A stretch of 64,000 nucleotides of DNA from Orbicella franksi (lineage: Eukaryota), in contig OZ116704.1 in NCBI GenBank assembly GCA_964199315.1, forward strand, positions 26,660,001 to 26,724,000, written 5' to 3'. Within the stretch, counting starts at the first letter, position 1, and the number at the start of each line of letters is the position of its first letter. Position numbers and translations under genes: made by a program. This document shows positions 24,001 through 39,000 of the stretch, in pieces. Under the pieces are notes generated by a model that saw only the letters and a program-made list of their open reading frames with translations, was not told the DNA's origin and did no database searches.

Positions 24001-27000
24001 TTTAACACACATTTAGAACATAGACTACTACAACACTTATTTGATTAAAAACACAGAAATGCATACCAGCTGATGAGGTATATTGATGAAACTGTATCAT
24101 TGTAACAGATGTAAATGTGCGTTGAAAGCAAATGCAATTGAGGGTTTTACTTATTAATATGGTTGACCTTTCATGTATTATACATTTAACTGAAATTTAT
24201 CGAGAATTAAGAATGCAATGATAATCAATAGTAATCAATACTTGTTAATTAAAATCAGTATTAATCAATGAAAATCAATACTCAAAGTCAACTTTCAGTT
24301 ATTGATTTTCACTGATTGATATTGTCGGGAGGTTTTCCTTATGAAATTCGTCTCCAAAGAAGCCCAAAATTTGACATTGTAGCTGCCATTTTTAACAGTA
24401 CTCAGCAGCCATGCCATGTTTTTGTGACGTCATAGCGTCCAAGGGATTTTGTCCATAGGTTGAGCCATTTTTTTTTTTTTGAGCCAAGCATGCTCCAAAT
24501 CCCAAAAATGATAGCAGTGAAGATGGTGAAGTGGGTAATTTGTTGGAAAAATACATTTTGCAGCCCTTGTGAAGGATACCAAGTCAGTTGCAAGTTTGTC
24601 TGCTTCCTGCCAATTTCGAGTTAGACGGAATGACGTCACATAAATATGGCCTGGTTCCCAAGCAATTTTAAAATGGCAGCATCCAAAGTCAAATTTTGGG
24701 CTTCTTTTAAGACAGATTTCTTCAGGACAGCAGGCACTTTAAAGGCTGAAACTCTGGTGAGTGGAAAAACCCAATGTTTACGTGCCATAGGTGGAGACAA
24801 AAAAAGTAGGCTTTTTGGGGTGACCTTCTCCTTTAAGACTTTCTGCACTGTGTTCAACATACAAGAATGGTACAACTTGTCACTGTAAACTCACAGCCTG
24901 AACCATCCATGGAAATATTTAAATCAGTAGTTGATAGCAGCTAGGCCCTTACAATGCAAATAGTAAAAGCAGTGGGCAGTCCATTGGCAATCTGCTAAAG
25001 GTTCTTCATCACCGCTTGGCAACTTTGAAATTAAAATTACATGGTCAGTCCAGTCTTGGAGACTGGCATTCACCATAAGCTGGTAAGTTTTTCCCTAACT
25101 GAGAAAAATATGGAAAGCAGTGATACCATGCATATAAATTATCTGAAAATAAACATACTCCTCTCTCTCCGACTGAACCAATTGAGCCTGGATTTCCACG
25201 ATTACCCCTTGCTCCCTAAAGAAATATTAAAAAATAAACTGAATAATTGTTTGAAAGAAAATTTGCCCTTAGTGAGATTTGAACCCACATTCCCCCGCAT
25301 ACCAGTCAGGTATGAAATAAATACTTTTGTCTTGTTAGTACTAAAAACACAGGACAACACTTTTTTGTCACATTACATATCACTAATGCTTTTTAGAAAA
25401 CAGTCCTAAGGAAATATGCACACTGATTGGTTAAAAATCTTGTTTCTATAACTCGATAGAAACACAGAACTAGCATGAGCTGTTGACGTAATGATGGCAG
25501 AAGCAAAGAGAATTTACGATCTGATAATCAAAGTTAACAAGTTGCTTTCCTTTTTTGTCGCGGTGTTTTCTAAAAGAAATAGAAGACGTTCTCCGTGTTT
25601 CTATCGAGTTATAGAAACACTCCTGAAAGTTTGGGAGAACTTGAAAAAGCTGTGAAAACACTCGCCTGCGGCTCGTGTTCCCACAGCATTTCTTGCTCTC
25701 CCAAACTTCCACTCGTGTTTCTATAACTCAATAGAAACATGGCATATGTTTTCTATTTCTTAAATGTTTATTATACATCCATGAAACTACTGCAAACCGG
25801 GCAACTCAATAGTTTCAAATCCAAAACAACACAAGTTTCTTATACAGCAGTGTGATTAATAGTTGCTAGAGCACACAATTTTTCTGACTGGAATTTGGCA
25901 ACAAACATTGAACAAAATAATTTCAGTGATCTCCGTACTGATGCTTTACACATTTTAAACATGCAAACAACATTGAATGACCATTGCTAATGTATTTTCA
26001 TAAATGTGCACCAGACCTAGAGTGATTTAATGAGTGAAGGGGCCTAAAAATGGTCTGTGAATAATTGCCAGACCTGTGTGGATGAGAAAATCAATATGCA
26101 CTCACACTTGTCAACTGCATATTAACAGATGTTAAGTATCAGTACTTGAAAAGTGTAGAGCTAAAAATCAATACAGGTACCTTAAATCCTCAAATTAGCA
26201 CCCCCTTCGAATAAGTGCCCCTCCTGTCGGCTGCAATTTAAAATAAGCACCCTCCCCCCTCGATTAAGCCCCCCCTCCCCTCCCCCTATTTTGTGGACGA
26301 GTAATGAGACAACAAAGGATGTATAGTTTTCTGTCATGTAGTATTAGATTTGTACATTGTTTCAGTTTGTGAACACGTTTAGTGAATATGTTGAACACAT
26401 TGAACACATTAAGTACTAATGGTGCCATGATTTGAACTTTAAGATCAGCTTTTACGTCAATAAACAGCTTATGTTGGTGTTTTCGCGCAGATAATGTATT
26501 AAAAAAGTGATCATGTCAGGCCACAATTTGGGAAAAATTAAATAAGCGCCCCTCCTTGATTAAGCGCCCCCCTCAAATAAGCGCCCCCTGTCTTCTCCTA
26601 AATTTGAAATAAGCGCCCCGGGCACTAATTCGAGGATTAATGGTAAACTATAAATAATCAAAACAAATAATGTCAAAACTATTATCAACTTGCCTGCTGG
26701 CCAGTAGCTCCTCTTTCACCTTTGATGCCAACTGGACCAGAATTCCCCTAAGATATTAAAACAACTAATGAGCGCTCTCAGGTAACATGCACTTTTATGT
26801 GGCTGGCAACAATTTCCAGCACTTTGATGTGAATATCACAACTCTTTATCAACTGATGTTACCCTATCACACAATTCATGCCCAACCATTGTTAAACAAT
26901 TTGACGGCATAATGGGTTACCATAGCAACAACAGAACTTATTTGAAACCTCCTTATTTTGGCTTTCAGTATTTATATTCAAAAACGTCTCTTCCAAATAA

Positions 27001-30000
27001 TGAAAATAAAATATTAAAACGTGTGTGAGTTATTGGGAAAAATAGATCTTTTTAAAAAATGTTAATAAACTGTCAAGGTGTCCTAATCCCCAAAAGGCAT
27101 GCACTCCTCAACGACCTTTTTGTGGCAAACAACTTAATCCAGAGATCCTACAGAGGAACCCCACCTTACAGCCACCTTGTTATTACGGCCACTTTATTCT
27201 GGCCTGACCAAAAACTTGGTCAGTCATTTTCTTATTTTAAAGAACCCCATAAATACAACGACCCGATTAATATGTCTAGATTTTTTGGCGGCCTCTAATG
27301 CACCACATTACGTGAATTTAAAGATAGTGGAACTTGACAAATCTATAAAAAGATAACCAATACAAATAAAAGAAAATGCTGAGAGATTGATGCTTTTTGA
27401 TTAACACTGCACGCTATTTTGCATCCACAATTGCATTCGATTAATCTGCCGGAATGTCAGTTGGTCATTCTGCCGCATTGGGAAAGCAATTGGCAAGACA
27501 GAATATAATTTTATCGAATTCTTCATTTCATAACCTTTATATTGACACATAGTCTGAGGGGGTTTCCTTGAAAACAGTGTGGGTACAAATTTTTATTCTG
27601 GAGGACAGCGAAGGTTTGGAGTAACCTTAAGTTGACGTCATTTTAAAACCAGCATATTTCTTGAATCACATAACACAGCAGGACCTATCTGCTTGAGGAC
27701 CATTAAGTTATACATCCTTACAAGTCACTTCTATCTTTTGGACATACCTTTGCACCAAAATTCCCTTCATCTCCTTCCAATCCACGATTTCCCTGGCAAG
27801 CAAATCATTGACAGGCTTTATATTGAGACATTATTATCAAAACATTCTCTTTTATTGACTAAGCAGCAATAATATGAACTCAATAACAACTGAGAGGGCT
27901 AAACAGGAACATGTTTGGCTAAACGTCCATGCAAAATGGTGAAGAGGTAGATACTTTCTCCTCCTGTCTAACCAAACCCACTCACTAAATATACACACCA
28001 CCTTTACTGAGTTTGATTTTGTTGGAAATGTGTGAAATGTCTCGCTAAATGTTAACTGCACGCAAGGCCAAAGGCTGGATGCAGGTAAGAACTTCAACAT
28101 CTATGTCACACATATAATTGATACAAAGATTGTGTATTGTGTTAATGGTAAGTGTAAGTGGTTTCTTCCCAACAGTTTTTTGTTTGCATGGATGATTATT
28201 GTATCACAATTTGACGACTTGCATCAACCACAACTTACCACTGGACCCTTTTCACCTTGCTCACCAACAGCTCCTTTGTCTCCTGGGGGTCCTGGCCTAC
28301 CTCTACCAGTGGCATCTTCACCACGCTGGCCTTTTGGTCCCTCGGACCCCTGCATGATTGAGGATTATACAGGAAATAATCATCATCACCAGGGGCCTGT
28401 TTCTCAAAGGTCCTGAAATGTTTTTGCACCCGGAAAGCCGTAGCAAAATCTCAAACCTTATAATTACAGAACTGTTTTATTGACATATTCTTACATGAAC
28501 AGAAGTTCTCTTCATACAAGAAGTTTCAGACATATACACCTCAGTGTTTTTAGATAAAGATTAACTAAAAATAGCTTTGCAGGCCTGAAAAGTTTCTGAG
28601 GTTTCTGAGAAAGGGGCCCCAGTGCACTTACCCGCAGCACAATACCCAGCCAAACTGCTCTGAATTCATCAACAAATGTGTCAGCAGCATGTGAATTTGA
28701 AACGCATATTGTATTTAGAAATCAGTGGTGGAATTTGCAATCAGTTTTCACATCTGTCACAGAATTGGCCACCTGAGGTGATCAATGCCTTTTCTTTCAA
28801 AATCAGGTGCTTAAAAGATTAATTCAGCTATCATAACAGAACCTTTAACTCAATCACTGTTAAGTTGTTTGGGACAACTATGCCACCCAACTCACATGAA
28901 AAGGACCCATCACTTCTCACTTGTATTCCAGCATAATGCCAGATTCTCTTGCCTAATTATGATGCTTGAAATAAGGTCAGGATAGTCTGTAAAAACCTTA
29001 TACCAAATAAGACTTAGTCTGTCTCCGACACCACTCAGCTATTGCAATTTCAGCTAGAACACGTCACTTAATTTAAAAGGGAGCTTTCCACAACCATAGA
29101 CATAGGCGATAAAAAAAAAATTAACATTCAAAATGTACTTACATCAGGTCCTGGGTCACCTTTTTTTCCTTCAAACTAAAAAAGCAAACGATGTTGTCAG
29201 ATAATTACCTTGCTAAGTAGCATAGGGAACACAGCGGTGGGAATTGAAGATGGAAGATAATTTCCCAAGCTGTTTTAACAAAATAAATTGCACATGAACG
29301 CAGTTTTAGATTGGCTCAGGTCATTGATGACTCATATGCTCTGAGTTAATACATTTTTTCCTACAGCAAGCTTTCAAGGTGATGACATCTTATTGGCTCA
29401 ATATGGGTCACCTTCCCTCAGCCAATGGATGAAGGTTATGTCAGGTTTATGTCATACGTTAGTATGACCGTGTATTTGACTTTCATTCAGTACATTAGTA
29501 CATACGACTGTATATTTTACTTTCAATCAGTACATTAGTCTGACTGTATATCTCAATTTCCAGCAGAGCAGAGTAGAGTAGAGAAGATTANNNNNNNNNN
29601 NNNNNNNNNNNNNNNNNNNNNNNNNNNNNNNNNNNNNNNNNNNNNNNNNNNNNNNNNNNNNNNNNNNNNNNNNNNNNNNNNNNNNNNNNNNNNNNNNNNN
29701 NNNNNNNNNNNNNNNNNNNNNNNNNNNNNNNNNNNNNNNNNNNNNNNNNNNNNNNNNNNNNNNNNNNNNNNNNNNNNNNNNNNNNNNNNNNNNNNNNNNN
29801 NNNNNNNNNNNNNNNNNNNNNNNNNNNNNNNNNNNNNNNNNNNNNNNNNNNNNNNNNNNNNNNNNNNNNNNNNNNNNNNNNNNNNNNNNNNNNNNNNNNN
29901 NNNNNNNNNNNNNNNNNNNNNNNNNNNNNNNNNNNNNNNNNNNNNNNNNNNNNNNNNNNNNNNNNNNNNNNNNNNNNNNNNNNNNNNNNNNNNNNNNNNN

Positions 30001-33000
30001 NNNNNNNNNNNNNNNNNNNNNNNNNNNNNNNNNNNNNNNNNNNNNNNNNNNNNNNNNNNNNNNNNNNNNNNNNNNNNNNNNNNNNNNNNNNNNNNNNNNN
30101 NNNNNNNNNNNNNNNNNNNNNNNNNNNNNNNNNNNNNNNNNNNNNNNNNNNNNNNNNNNNNNNNNNNNNNNNNNNNNNNNNNNNNNNNNNNNNNNNNNNN
30201 NNNNNNNNNNNNGAGTAGTGTAGAGTAGAGTAGAGTAGGGTAGAGTAGAGTAGAGTAGAGCAGCACAGCACAGCACAGCACAGCACAGCACAGCACAGCA
30301 CAGCACAGCACAGTAGAGACACATTTGATTTCAGCATAATTTTCTATGGATAACGAGTAGTTTTTCAGATGAAGAAATTAACAGTAGGTGGTTAACGATA
30401 TACTGCTATTCTTGTGTTCCTGGTTTAGGTACAGGTTCATTGAACTTGATTCAGTCATAGTAGGAAAATTTTGCTTTCATTTTAGTTGCTAGAAAAGTGA
30501 TGGAACCTTTGGCAGCCTCCTTAATAGAGGTTTGTTTCGCCATATAACTAAGATGCAATTTCATCTAACCAGAGTTGCATTTGATCCTGTTAATTCCAGT
30601 TCTCCAGGGTCACCTGGCTCTCCCTGGTCACCCTAAAAAAGACAAAAAAAAACTTTTCATCAGCAACACTAATCAGTGATTTTAGTTTGTAGTGCTGTTC
30701 TCTGTAGCTTTAAGTCCAACCAAATTTCCAGATAAGAGAGGGGTTCCAAGTCAAAAAGCATACATTAAAAAAACATCACCTACCTGACACAACAAATCAG
30801 TAGAAATCCTTTGAGCATTAATTGTGTGGGACCCTTACCTACTAACCTATTACAATCCCTTATTGAAAAAGCTTGCCGTGAAAGCTTATCTGGTACACTG
30901 GGTCAGGTTTATAAAATACATGTGGCTAAATGATGTGCCTCTTATCATTTAGGATCCTTATTTGTCTAATGATCTTATGTTGTGATTATTTTGTTTCAGT
31001 GTTTGTCTACATTGGCTGCAAAAAACCTGCATTGCAGGAGACTGGTCAGTTACAATAAGATATTTATTTATTGAAATACCTATACTCACCAGATCACAGA
31101 AATTTCTTTGCCATTGATTAAAGCTGTGTGTTTTAAGCTTGCATTCATTCAGAATGAGCTAAAATGGTTTGCCACTGAGAAATTAATCAAGTACTGGGGA
31201 GCTGTTATAACAATGTATTCCCTTTAGCGCTTTTTAACACAGTGGTAAAGTGTGCTTTTGTTTTGTCAAAATATGCACAGGCTGTGAAATTATAACTTTG
31301 CCACATCTGGCTACCACAAAAAGCCAATGAAACTCTGAAACCTTATACAGTACATATGGGCACCCTGATATGGTAACAACCTGGGATACCTACAACATCT
31401 CCTTTTGGTCCCTGTAGTAATGCTGTATCTCCTGTTGCTGGTGAACCCTATAAACAAAATTGTTGGAAGAACCCTAAGTATTGGGCTGATATATCCTTGG
31501 CATGGCAGCTGAGCAACCCTCTTTTGAGCCTCTGTATTACTTTAACTCACTTAAATGAAAAACTCTGCAAACTTTTTACTTGGTTGTGAATTTAATCGTG
31601 CATGGTGTATTGTTCAAGAGTTTTAAACCTATTTGGGATCAGTTACGAGCTGTAGAGCCACTGAGCAGTAGAGCCGTAGAGTTTATTATCTAGAAATGTG
31701 TCATTGTTGAACCTTAGAACCACAGACTTCACTATAATTATATCTAACAATGTGTGATTGTAGAGCCATAGAGTTCATTATACAGAAATGTATGATGTTA
31801 GAGGCATAGAGCTGTATAATTCATTATCCAGAAACGTGTGATCATAGATCTGTAGAGTTCACTACCTAGAAATGTTTAATCATAGAGGCATAGAGCTGTA
31901 GAGTTCATTATCAAGATATGTGTGATCATAGAGCCATAGAGTTATGTAGAAGTCATGTAGAAATGGTCGTTAACGAACAAGTTCTGGCGTAGGGTTGAAC
32001 TAAAACAAGTGCAACCCAAAAATAAATGAGACCATGTCATAGTGTGGCTAAACACTTCGTGTAAGCCACACAAAAACTGTTGGTAACCATGGTAATGTGC
32101 TACTGTTTTATTTTTACACGCAAAAGAAGAAGTACAAAATGATTAGTGATAAAAAGGTAAAGGTGTAGCACTCTACAAAAACTTGTACGCTGATTCAAGC
32201 TTCATATATAAATCGGGCACCTGTTGGTTACCTCCCCAAGGGTAAGGAATTTTCTTGGGAAAAATGTGAGAAATTTCAAGTTACAGAAGTACAGCAAACA
32301 GACAAACATTTGGGGCTAGTGAGAATGATTTTTAGGAGAGTGCATCAAAGTTAATATAATAGGCCTTGCCTGAAAATTTGTTGCCTTTGTACCCTGATTT
32401 TTATATATAAATTGGCACAATTAACTACTTCTTTAGATTAAATTTCACAAAAGAAATTGATTGAAGTAAATTAAACACTTGCGTTACAGTTTGGGAGAAA
32501 TCAATCTATTCCCCCAGCATTTCTCATTTTCATTTAGCTCCTAAACTTTGCTCAATGGAAAATAAATTCTATTTCTTTAAAATGGCATTTCTTACCGCAT
32601 CTCCTCTGGGCCCTTGGTCACCTTTCATGCCCTACAGGTAAAAAACAGAGTAAAATTCATCAGAAAACGCCCTATATGTAAGTGTGTGTTCTAAATGCTT
32701 TTACTTCTATCACTTGGTAGAAGACAAGAGGTCGGCTTCCAGATTAGAGGTTCAAAAGTTTCAAAGGATTTGTAAGCCAACTGGCAAGACTTGTCTTTTG
32801 CAGTAGCAAGGTTTTCCCATGGAAAAACCACTGCACATGTAGTAGTCACAGGGCTTGACTTTCAAGAAAAAACGCTGGGTCCAGCTGGCCCCTAAGTCTT
32901 CAGATTTTGTCGCCAGCACAAAGTATTTTAGTTGCCATATATTTCCACGATAAAGGCGCTAAAACGGCACAAATCACACATTTTGCACACGAGTGACATA

Positions 33001-36000
33001 AAGGAGTATAGTTCAGTATTCGGCATTCATTCCACTCATTCAATGAGCATGAAAATTAAAAAAATAAGACTTAAGAGACCTTAGGGGCCAGCCTGGCAAC
33101 CAAATGTGAAAAGTTAGTCACCAGTGAAAACAATCCGGTCGCATATCGAGCTCTGAGGCACCTCACAACTTTTTTAGTCAAATGAAATGTTCATCAGTTG
33201 AAATTACTGCATGATCACACTAGCAAATTCCTGAATGGTTGGTTATTCTTACCCTGTCACCCATTGGACCTGGATTTCCCTACAAAAGTAAAACAATATT
33301 CAACATTCAACATGCCACATATGATTATTATCACATTCTGCAAAGAGTGTAGTATAATGATGTAAGGATATATGTGTATAGGGATGTGCATTGTCACATC
33401 CTGCAAAGAGTGCAGTATAATGATGTAAGGATGTATGTGTATAGGGATGTGCATTGTCACATCCTGCAAAGAGTGCAGTATAATGATGTAAGGATGTATG
33501 TGTATAGGGATGTGCATTGTCACATTCTGCAAAGAGTGTAGTATAATGATGTAAGGATGTATGTATATAGGGATGTGCATATGCAAGAGCAGTACTGTAG
33601 AATGGATATTAGTTCTGCAATGCTTAATTGAGTGGTATACCGTGGAATATCACACAAGTCTCTGTCTCGTATATTCTTGGTTCACACACAAGCCTTTAGG
33701 TGAATGTGTATACCACGCCAGAGAAAATACAGTGGCTAACACAATCAGTGCAATGTACAATGTAATGGGAATGTTGGGCATAATACTTAGCTCTTATTAA
33801 CCGAGCAGGAGGTCTGTATGAGAGAATCTTGACCGAGGTCATGAGTACAGACCGAATGCAGTGAGGTCTGTACACACGACCGAGGTCAAGATTCTCCAAT
33901 ACAGACCGACTAAGCTCGGTTAATAAGATGTTAATTATATGGCAAGCAAGAGAAATTTAATTCGTTTAGTGTAACTGGTTTGAACTAACCGACATTTTGC
34001 TTGCGAACGGCGATGAGCTGAACTTAATTCTGCGGAAGTCTGCTCATCCTCTTTACTTTTCTTTTCTTTTCTTTTCTTATCAGACTTTTTGGCATTGCCA
34101 TAAAATAATAAATATTTTTAGAAGAAAATAGTCAACATTTTTGCATTGAAGTTTGCAACTTTTTCACCGCAAAGCATTACTGGTCTAGATGCCGCTTTCA
34201 ATATCGATTTCAGCCGATCAAATTCTTGAATTTGGTAGTTCCCAGTCCTTGTGAGACACAGCCATATAATAATGTTGAGTATACAACAGCTTTTCTGTAT
34301 CTTGATTGCCTGTATTTTCTATGACATGGCATACTATACCAGAGAAAATACAGCCAATCAAGATATAATAGAGTGGTTAAGTAGAAGATAATAAACTTGC
34401 ATTCATTTACATTTTTTTTGTGGTTGATATACATCCCATCCCTCTCGTGTCTTCAAACTTTAACAGAATTGTGATGCATGTCTCAGTTTCTGTTCCTCAG
34501 ATTCTTCCATTTTTGTGGGGTCTACTTCCTCTATAGTAAATTTTGAAATTACTTTCAACTGTCTACTATATTCCTTTGTCCGGTGACAATGATAATTTTA
34601 AGACATCTTCCCTGGCCTCTTTACTTGTATTACTGAATTTTGTTGCTTTTTAGACTGTTTGCAAGCACACAGTGTAACTCTTCCATATTTGTAAGCAAAC
34701 GATTACTTACAACACTTCCAGTGGCGCCTTTTTCTCCAGGAGGACCCTGCAAAGGAAACAATTATCAGAACACTAAATTACACTAGCTGACCAAAAAAGG
34801 CATTTGAAAGCCCCACTGCACATGTCAGTCTGTCTCTTTCATGACTTAACTGAAACCATCAACTTGAAGACAGTTGAGAAAAAGAGGGAAGGCAATAGAA
34901 CAAAAATAATAATATAATAAAAATATTATGCAAGGAGTTCTCTGTACTTCATATTATGCAAGCTTTACAAGTTGCCAAGTTTCAGAAGTGAAAAAGTACA
35001 AGTACCAGTACATTTTTACAAAAAAGTGAAATATACATGTATATTACTTTACTTTGCGAGGTTGAACAGACAGAGGCAAAGCTGACAAACCTGTGGTCCC
35101 TGTTGTCCCTTTGGTCCAGGATCACCCTGAATAAAGAATGGTAATAAAAGTATTTGTGTAAAAGATTAGGAGCAGCTGTTGAGCCAGAGTGGACCATACT
35201 AGCTAATGGAGATTATAAGGCTGTCAACTACATGAAGTGACTTGCCTATTCCCATGGGTGAAGGGTAATCTGTGATTAGACTAACATTCCAACCCCAGCA
35301 TGATGGTGCAGGATATATTTCAAAAACTCACGAGAAATTTACTTTAAAATGTACAAAAAAAAAAAAAGACATACTAGTGGAAAAATAAAACCTCTTATTT
35401 GGTAGTTTAACATAATACACCAAGACATTTTGCTCATTACTTGTATTTTCCCTTGTCCCTTCGGGGCTTGGAAAAAATCTATGCAACTCGCAAAATAAGT
35501 GTATTTATTGACAGCAATCTTCTTCATTTTCCTTCGGTTAAATATTCTGAATGTTGTGGGAAACAAGGGCACCTCCACAAACAGGACTCAATTCATTGAT
35601 GGCAAAATTATTATGGAAGAGGCTGATGCTCCACACCAGATGAAACACATTACTACAACAGCAGCATGTGGACCTTTCAATCAAAGGGTGGAACTTTCAG
35701 TAGTCATCCTGCAGTCACTGAGAAGCTACCATAATTAGCCTAATTCAAGTAGCTTAACTCTCATCAATCTTACACCTTTGGTTCCCAAAACAACTTCCAA
35801 AGATGCTGGACAACCACTGAGAACAATAGATCTTATTTTCCTTTGCTAAAAGTGTTTTGGGGGTAATTGAAAACAAGGTAAGGTTTTCTCCATTATGCAA
35901 TGCCTTGACAAACTTCCTGCTGAGCTGAGTCAAAATTGGCTTTAAGCATAGTTACTAAGATCACCCACACACCACAAAATTCTTCTCACACCTCTGGCAC

Positions 36001-39000
36001 TTTCATGCAGTAGTCATGTAGGCATAAGGAAAAATAAGCAAACTGCAAAAGCTATGACATCACAGAGGGTTTAACGACCATTACAATGGGCTCTGTATAT
36101 GAGATGCAAGTCTTGGTGCCATTGAGAAAATAATTTTTTTTTGTTCTCACTTGATGAATAATGGGTTTGAGACACAGTACTACTGTAAATTATGTAATGT
36201 TTGTAGTTACCTGTTTCCCCTTGGTTGCATTTACTGGACCGTCATATGGGTCACCCTAGAAAGATAACAGTTACACATGAGGAGATTCCATTGTTACAAC
36301 AGTTTTTATTTATTCCCGTCATCATTAAATAACAAAAATGGATCTGATCCACAAGTATGCAATTGGGACAATTCAAGTTAAAAAGTGGAAACACTTAGCT
36401 ATTTTATCAACTCAAATTGATAACAGTAAATTAACCATGCGCCATGGCAAGTTTGTACAGCTGAAAATTAATTTCAAATAACAAACCTTAAGCCCTGGCC
36501 AAACAGATTCGCAAGTAGTTCCAAGTAACCGCAAGTTAAACTTGCGTCAAGACTTGAGTTGGGTAGCAAAACAGACTAGAGAGTTTCCTCACAAGTATGC
36601 GCAAGTCCCAAAAAAATCCCATTTCAAGGTACGTGTAGACATGTCCTGTATTTCATTGGCTAGTAATAGGTTAATGGACATCACTCAACTTGCGTTGACT
36701 TGGGTTGGGTGGCCAAACATTGAAAATCTTGCATCGAGTTGTATGCAAATTTTATCTTGACCAAAGTGAGCGCAAGTTATCCATGTAGCAAGTCAACACA
36801 AGAGCATACATGCCCTGGCCAAATGTAGTCACAAGTAGACTCAAGTTTTCAACTTGCGTCTACTTGCAAGTCTGTTTGGCCAGTGCTTTATGCCAAAAAA
36901 AAATTTGAACACCCAGTCTTCAATTCCTGACTAAATTCCTAGTTGAAAGGATTATTGGACCTAGCAATATTATTAACATATAACTGCGGTTTCTGTGGTA
37001 TGAAGAAACTAGGGACCAGACAAGATGCTAGACTACTGTGGGGTACTGCAGTGCACTTGCAGTCTTCGAGTGGGATATATCCAAGGGGAAAAAATTTTTG
37101 GGTTCTAGTGGCCATGTGAGAAATAAAGGGTTCAAGAAGTTAGGATTCCACTGTAGCTAATATGCTAGATTTGATTATTTTCAGGAAACATATTGAAAAA
37201 CGTACTTTAAACCAAATTTACCCACAGACGTTTATAAAACAGTAAGGAAACGTTTAACTTAACTTACAACTGTTTCACTTGAGTGTCAAAAGTGTAATTT
37301 GCATTTGTCCTGGCTTTATTTGCATTACTATGCTAAGCAACTGAACAGTTCATGCCACTTTGTCATCCAAGCAGAAGTGAAACCAAAACCAATCACAACT
37401 CGCTTGCGCATTTTTTCAAGCACTTTGCAAATATATTGAGTCAGCTAACTGTCTTTGCTTTGAGTTTTAACTTGTTCAGAGGATTGTCAGTAACCTTTGT
37501 GATTGGCCAGAGTTTTTACTTTATTTTGGTCTTTAACACTCAATTGAAAAGCACTCTATCTCAGAATCTTAAGGAGTTTATTACTGTAGGGCCTTGTTGG
37601 CCTTTGTCTCCTGGATCTCCTGCTGTGCCTCTACTACCATTTATTCCTACTTGGCCAGGTTCTCCCTGAAACAAGAAAACACTTGATTAAAAAAACAAAT
37701 TGTACTCATGTACAGTGTATGTACTATATCAAACATGAACACATTTGCAAACACCGAGAAGAGAGTTGAAAATAAGATGCATAGTGAAGTATTTTCACCT
37801 CTCAAGAGGTACCATTTTTGTTGTTTCTGTTTACCTCTGTAGTAAAGTACTGTGCTGTGCTGTGCCGTGCCATGTTGTGCTGTACTGTACTTTGCACAGC
37901 ACTGCACTGTACTATACTGTATGGTGTAAGGTGTGGCATGTTGTGGCGAGGTGTGGTATTGTATATTGTGTTCAAGAATGTAAGGTCAAACAAGGTCTTT
38001 ATTGTTTGATATATCGATCTTCCCAATAGAGACAAAAACCAAGAAGGAATTATAATAATTAATGTATGCAACGTAAGATCAGACATCAAACACCATCCTG
38101 GTTATGATCAGCTTTGTTTAAACTTAATGAATTATTCAAGAGTTTGAGAAGGCATTATGAAAAGAGGTTTGTTTACAGAACTACACTGAAACAACAGCAA
38201 TAAACATGTATTTATTTAGCAAAAGGGAAAGTGAGGGAATATGTTGTCAAAAGGCATGCTAAATGTTTTCACTCACATAGATCATCATCACCATTTGCCT
38301 CATACATAGGCAGACATGAAATGCTACAAAAGTCAACTAATGGCCTATTTTTTATCTCCCTAGCTTTATGCTTAAGTATAATTCTGGCCACAAGTAAAAC
38401 TTTCATACAAATTACCCGGTATGTCACATATTACACTTGCAGCCGCAGAGTGGTTGCAAGCTACAGTACTGCAGGTAATGAAAGTTATTTAATTAGAACA
38501 GCATTAGTTTATGTAACTAATAAACCTTTACATGTATGTCTGCTTTTCACCCCTACAGGTTTTGCATACACACAAAAGTGAGATTTTTTCAGAGTATGAA
38601 GAGAGATTTTCAAATACCGGTAAACATGTTAATATTTTTAAGTGCCTACCTTTTCTCCATCACATCCACAGCTTCCCATAAAACCTTTTGGCCCATGAAT
38701 ACCTGGATAACCCTAAAGAGAAAGGTTAAAAATATACATGTAATTATTTATGATATAGCAATATCTAACTTATGTGAGGAATAATCAAATGAATATAAGT
38801 TGTTTAAGTTTTATATTTTTGATGTTCATTAAAATCATGCAGAGCAAAGACTAACGATTATAGTGAGGACACTTGAATCATGAATACCTAGGCTTTTTTC
38901 CCACTTTCTTGGCATCTTCCAATCAGGAGGTTATTTCATTAAGGCTCATGCATTTACAAGTCAGAGAGTGAGCATTGCCCTATCATGGCTGACAGAAGTG

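Noticed and set aside
24067-24091. 25-nt microexon candidate (FHQYTSSA)
   Set aside because: Lies inside a nested transposon and breaks frame on its own
359-28416. Many plus-strand Pro/Gly/Ser-rich ORFs (e.g. 402-590, 3377-3601, 10982-11233, 19417-19674)
   Set aside because: Antisense shadows of the minus-strand Gly-X-Y exons
29527-30337. Long ORFs of about 250 aa
   Set aside because: Artefacts of the N gap and flanking pentamer repeats
33257-33586. His/Ile-rich 21-aa repeat ORF
   Set aside because: Translation of a 63-bp intronic minisatellite; no supporting splice or start context
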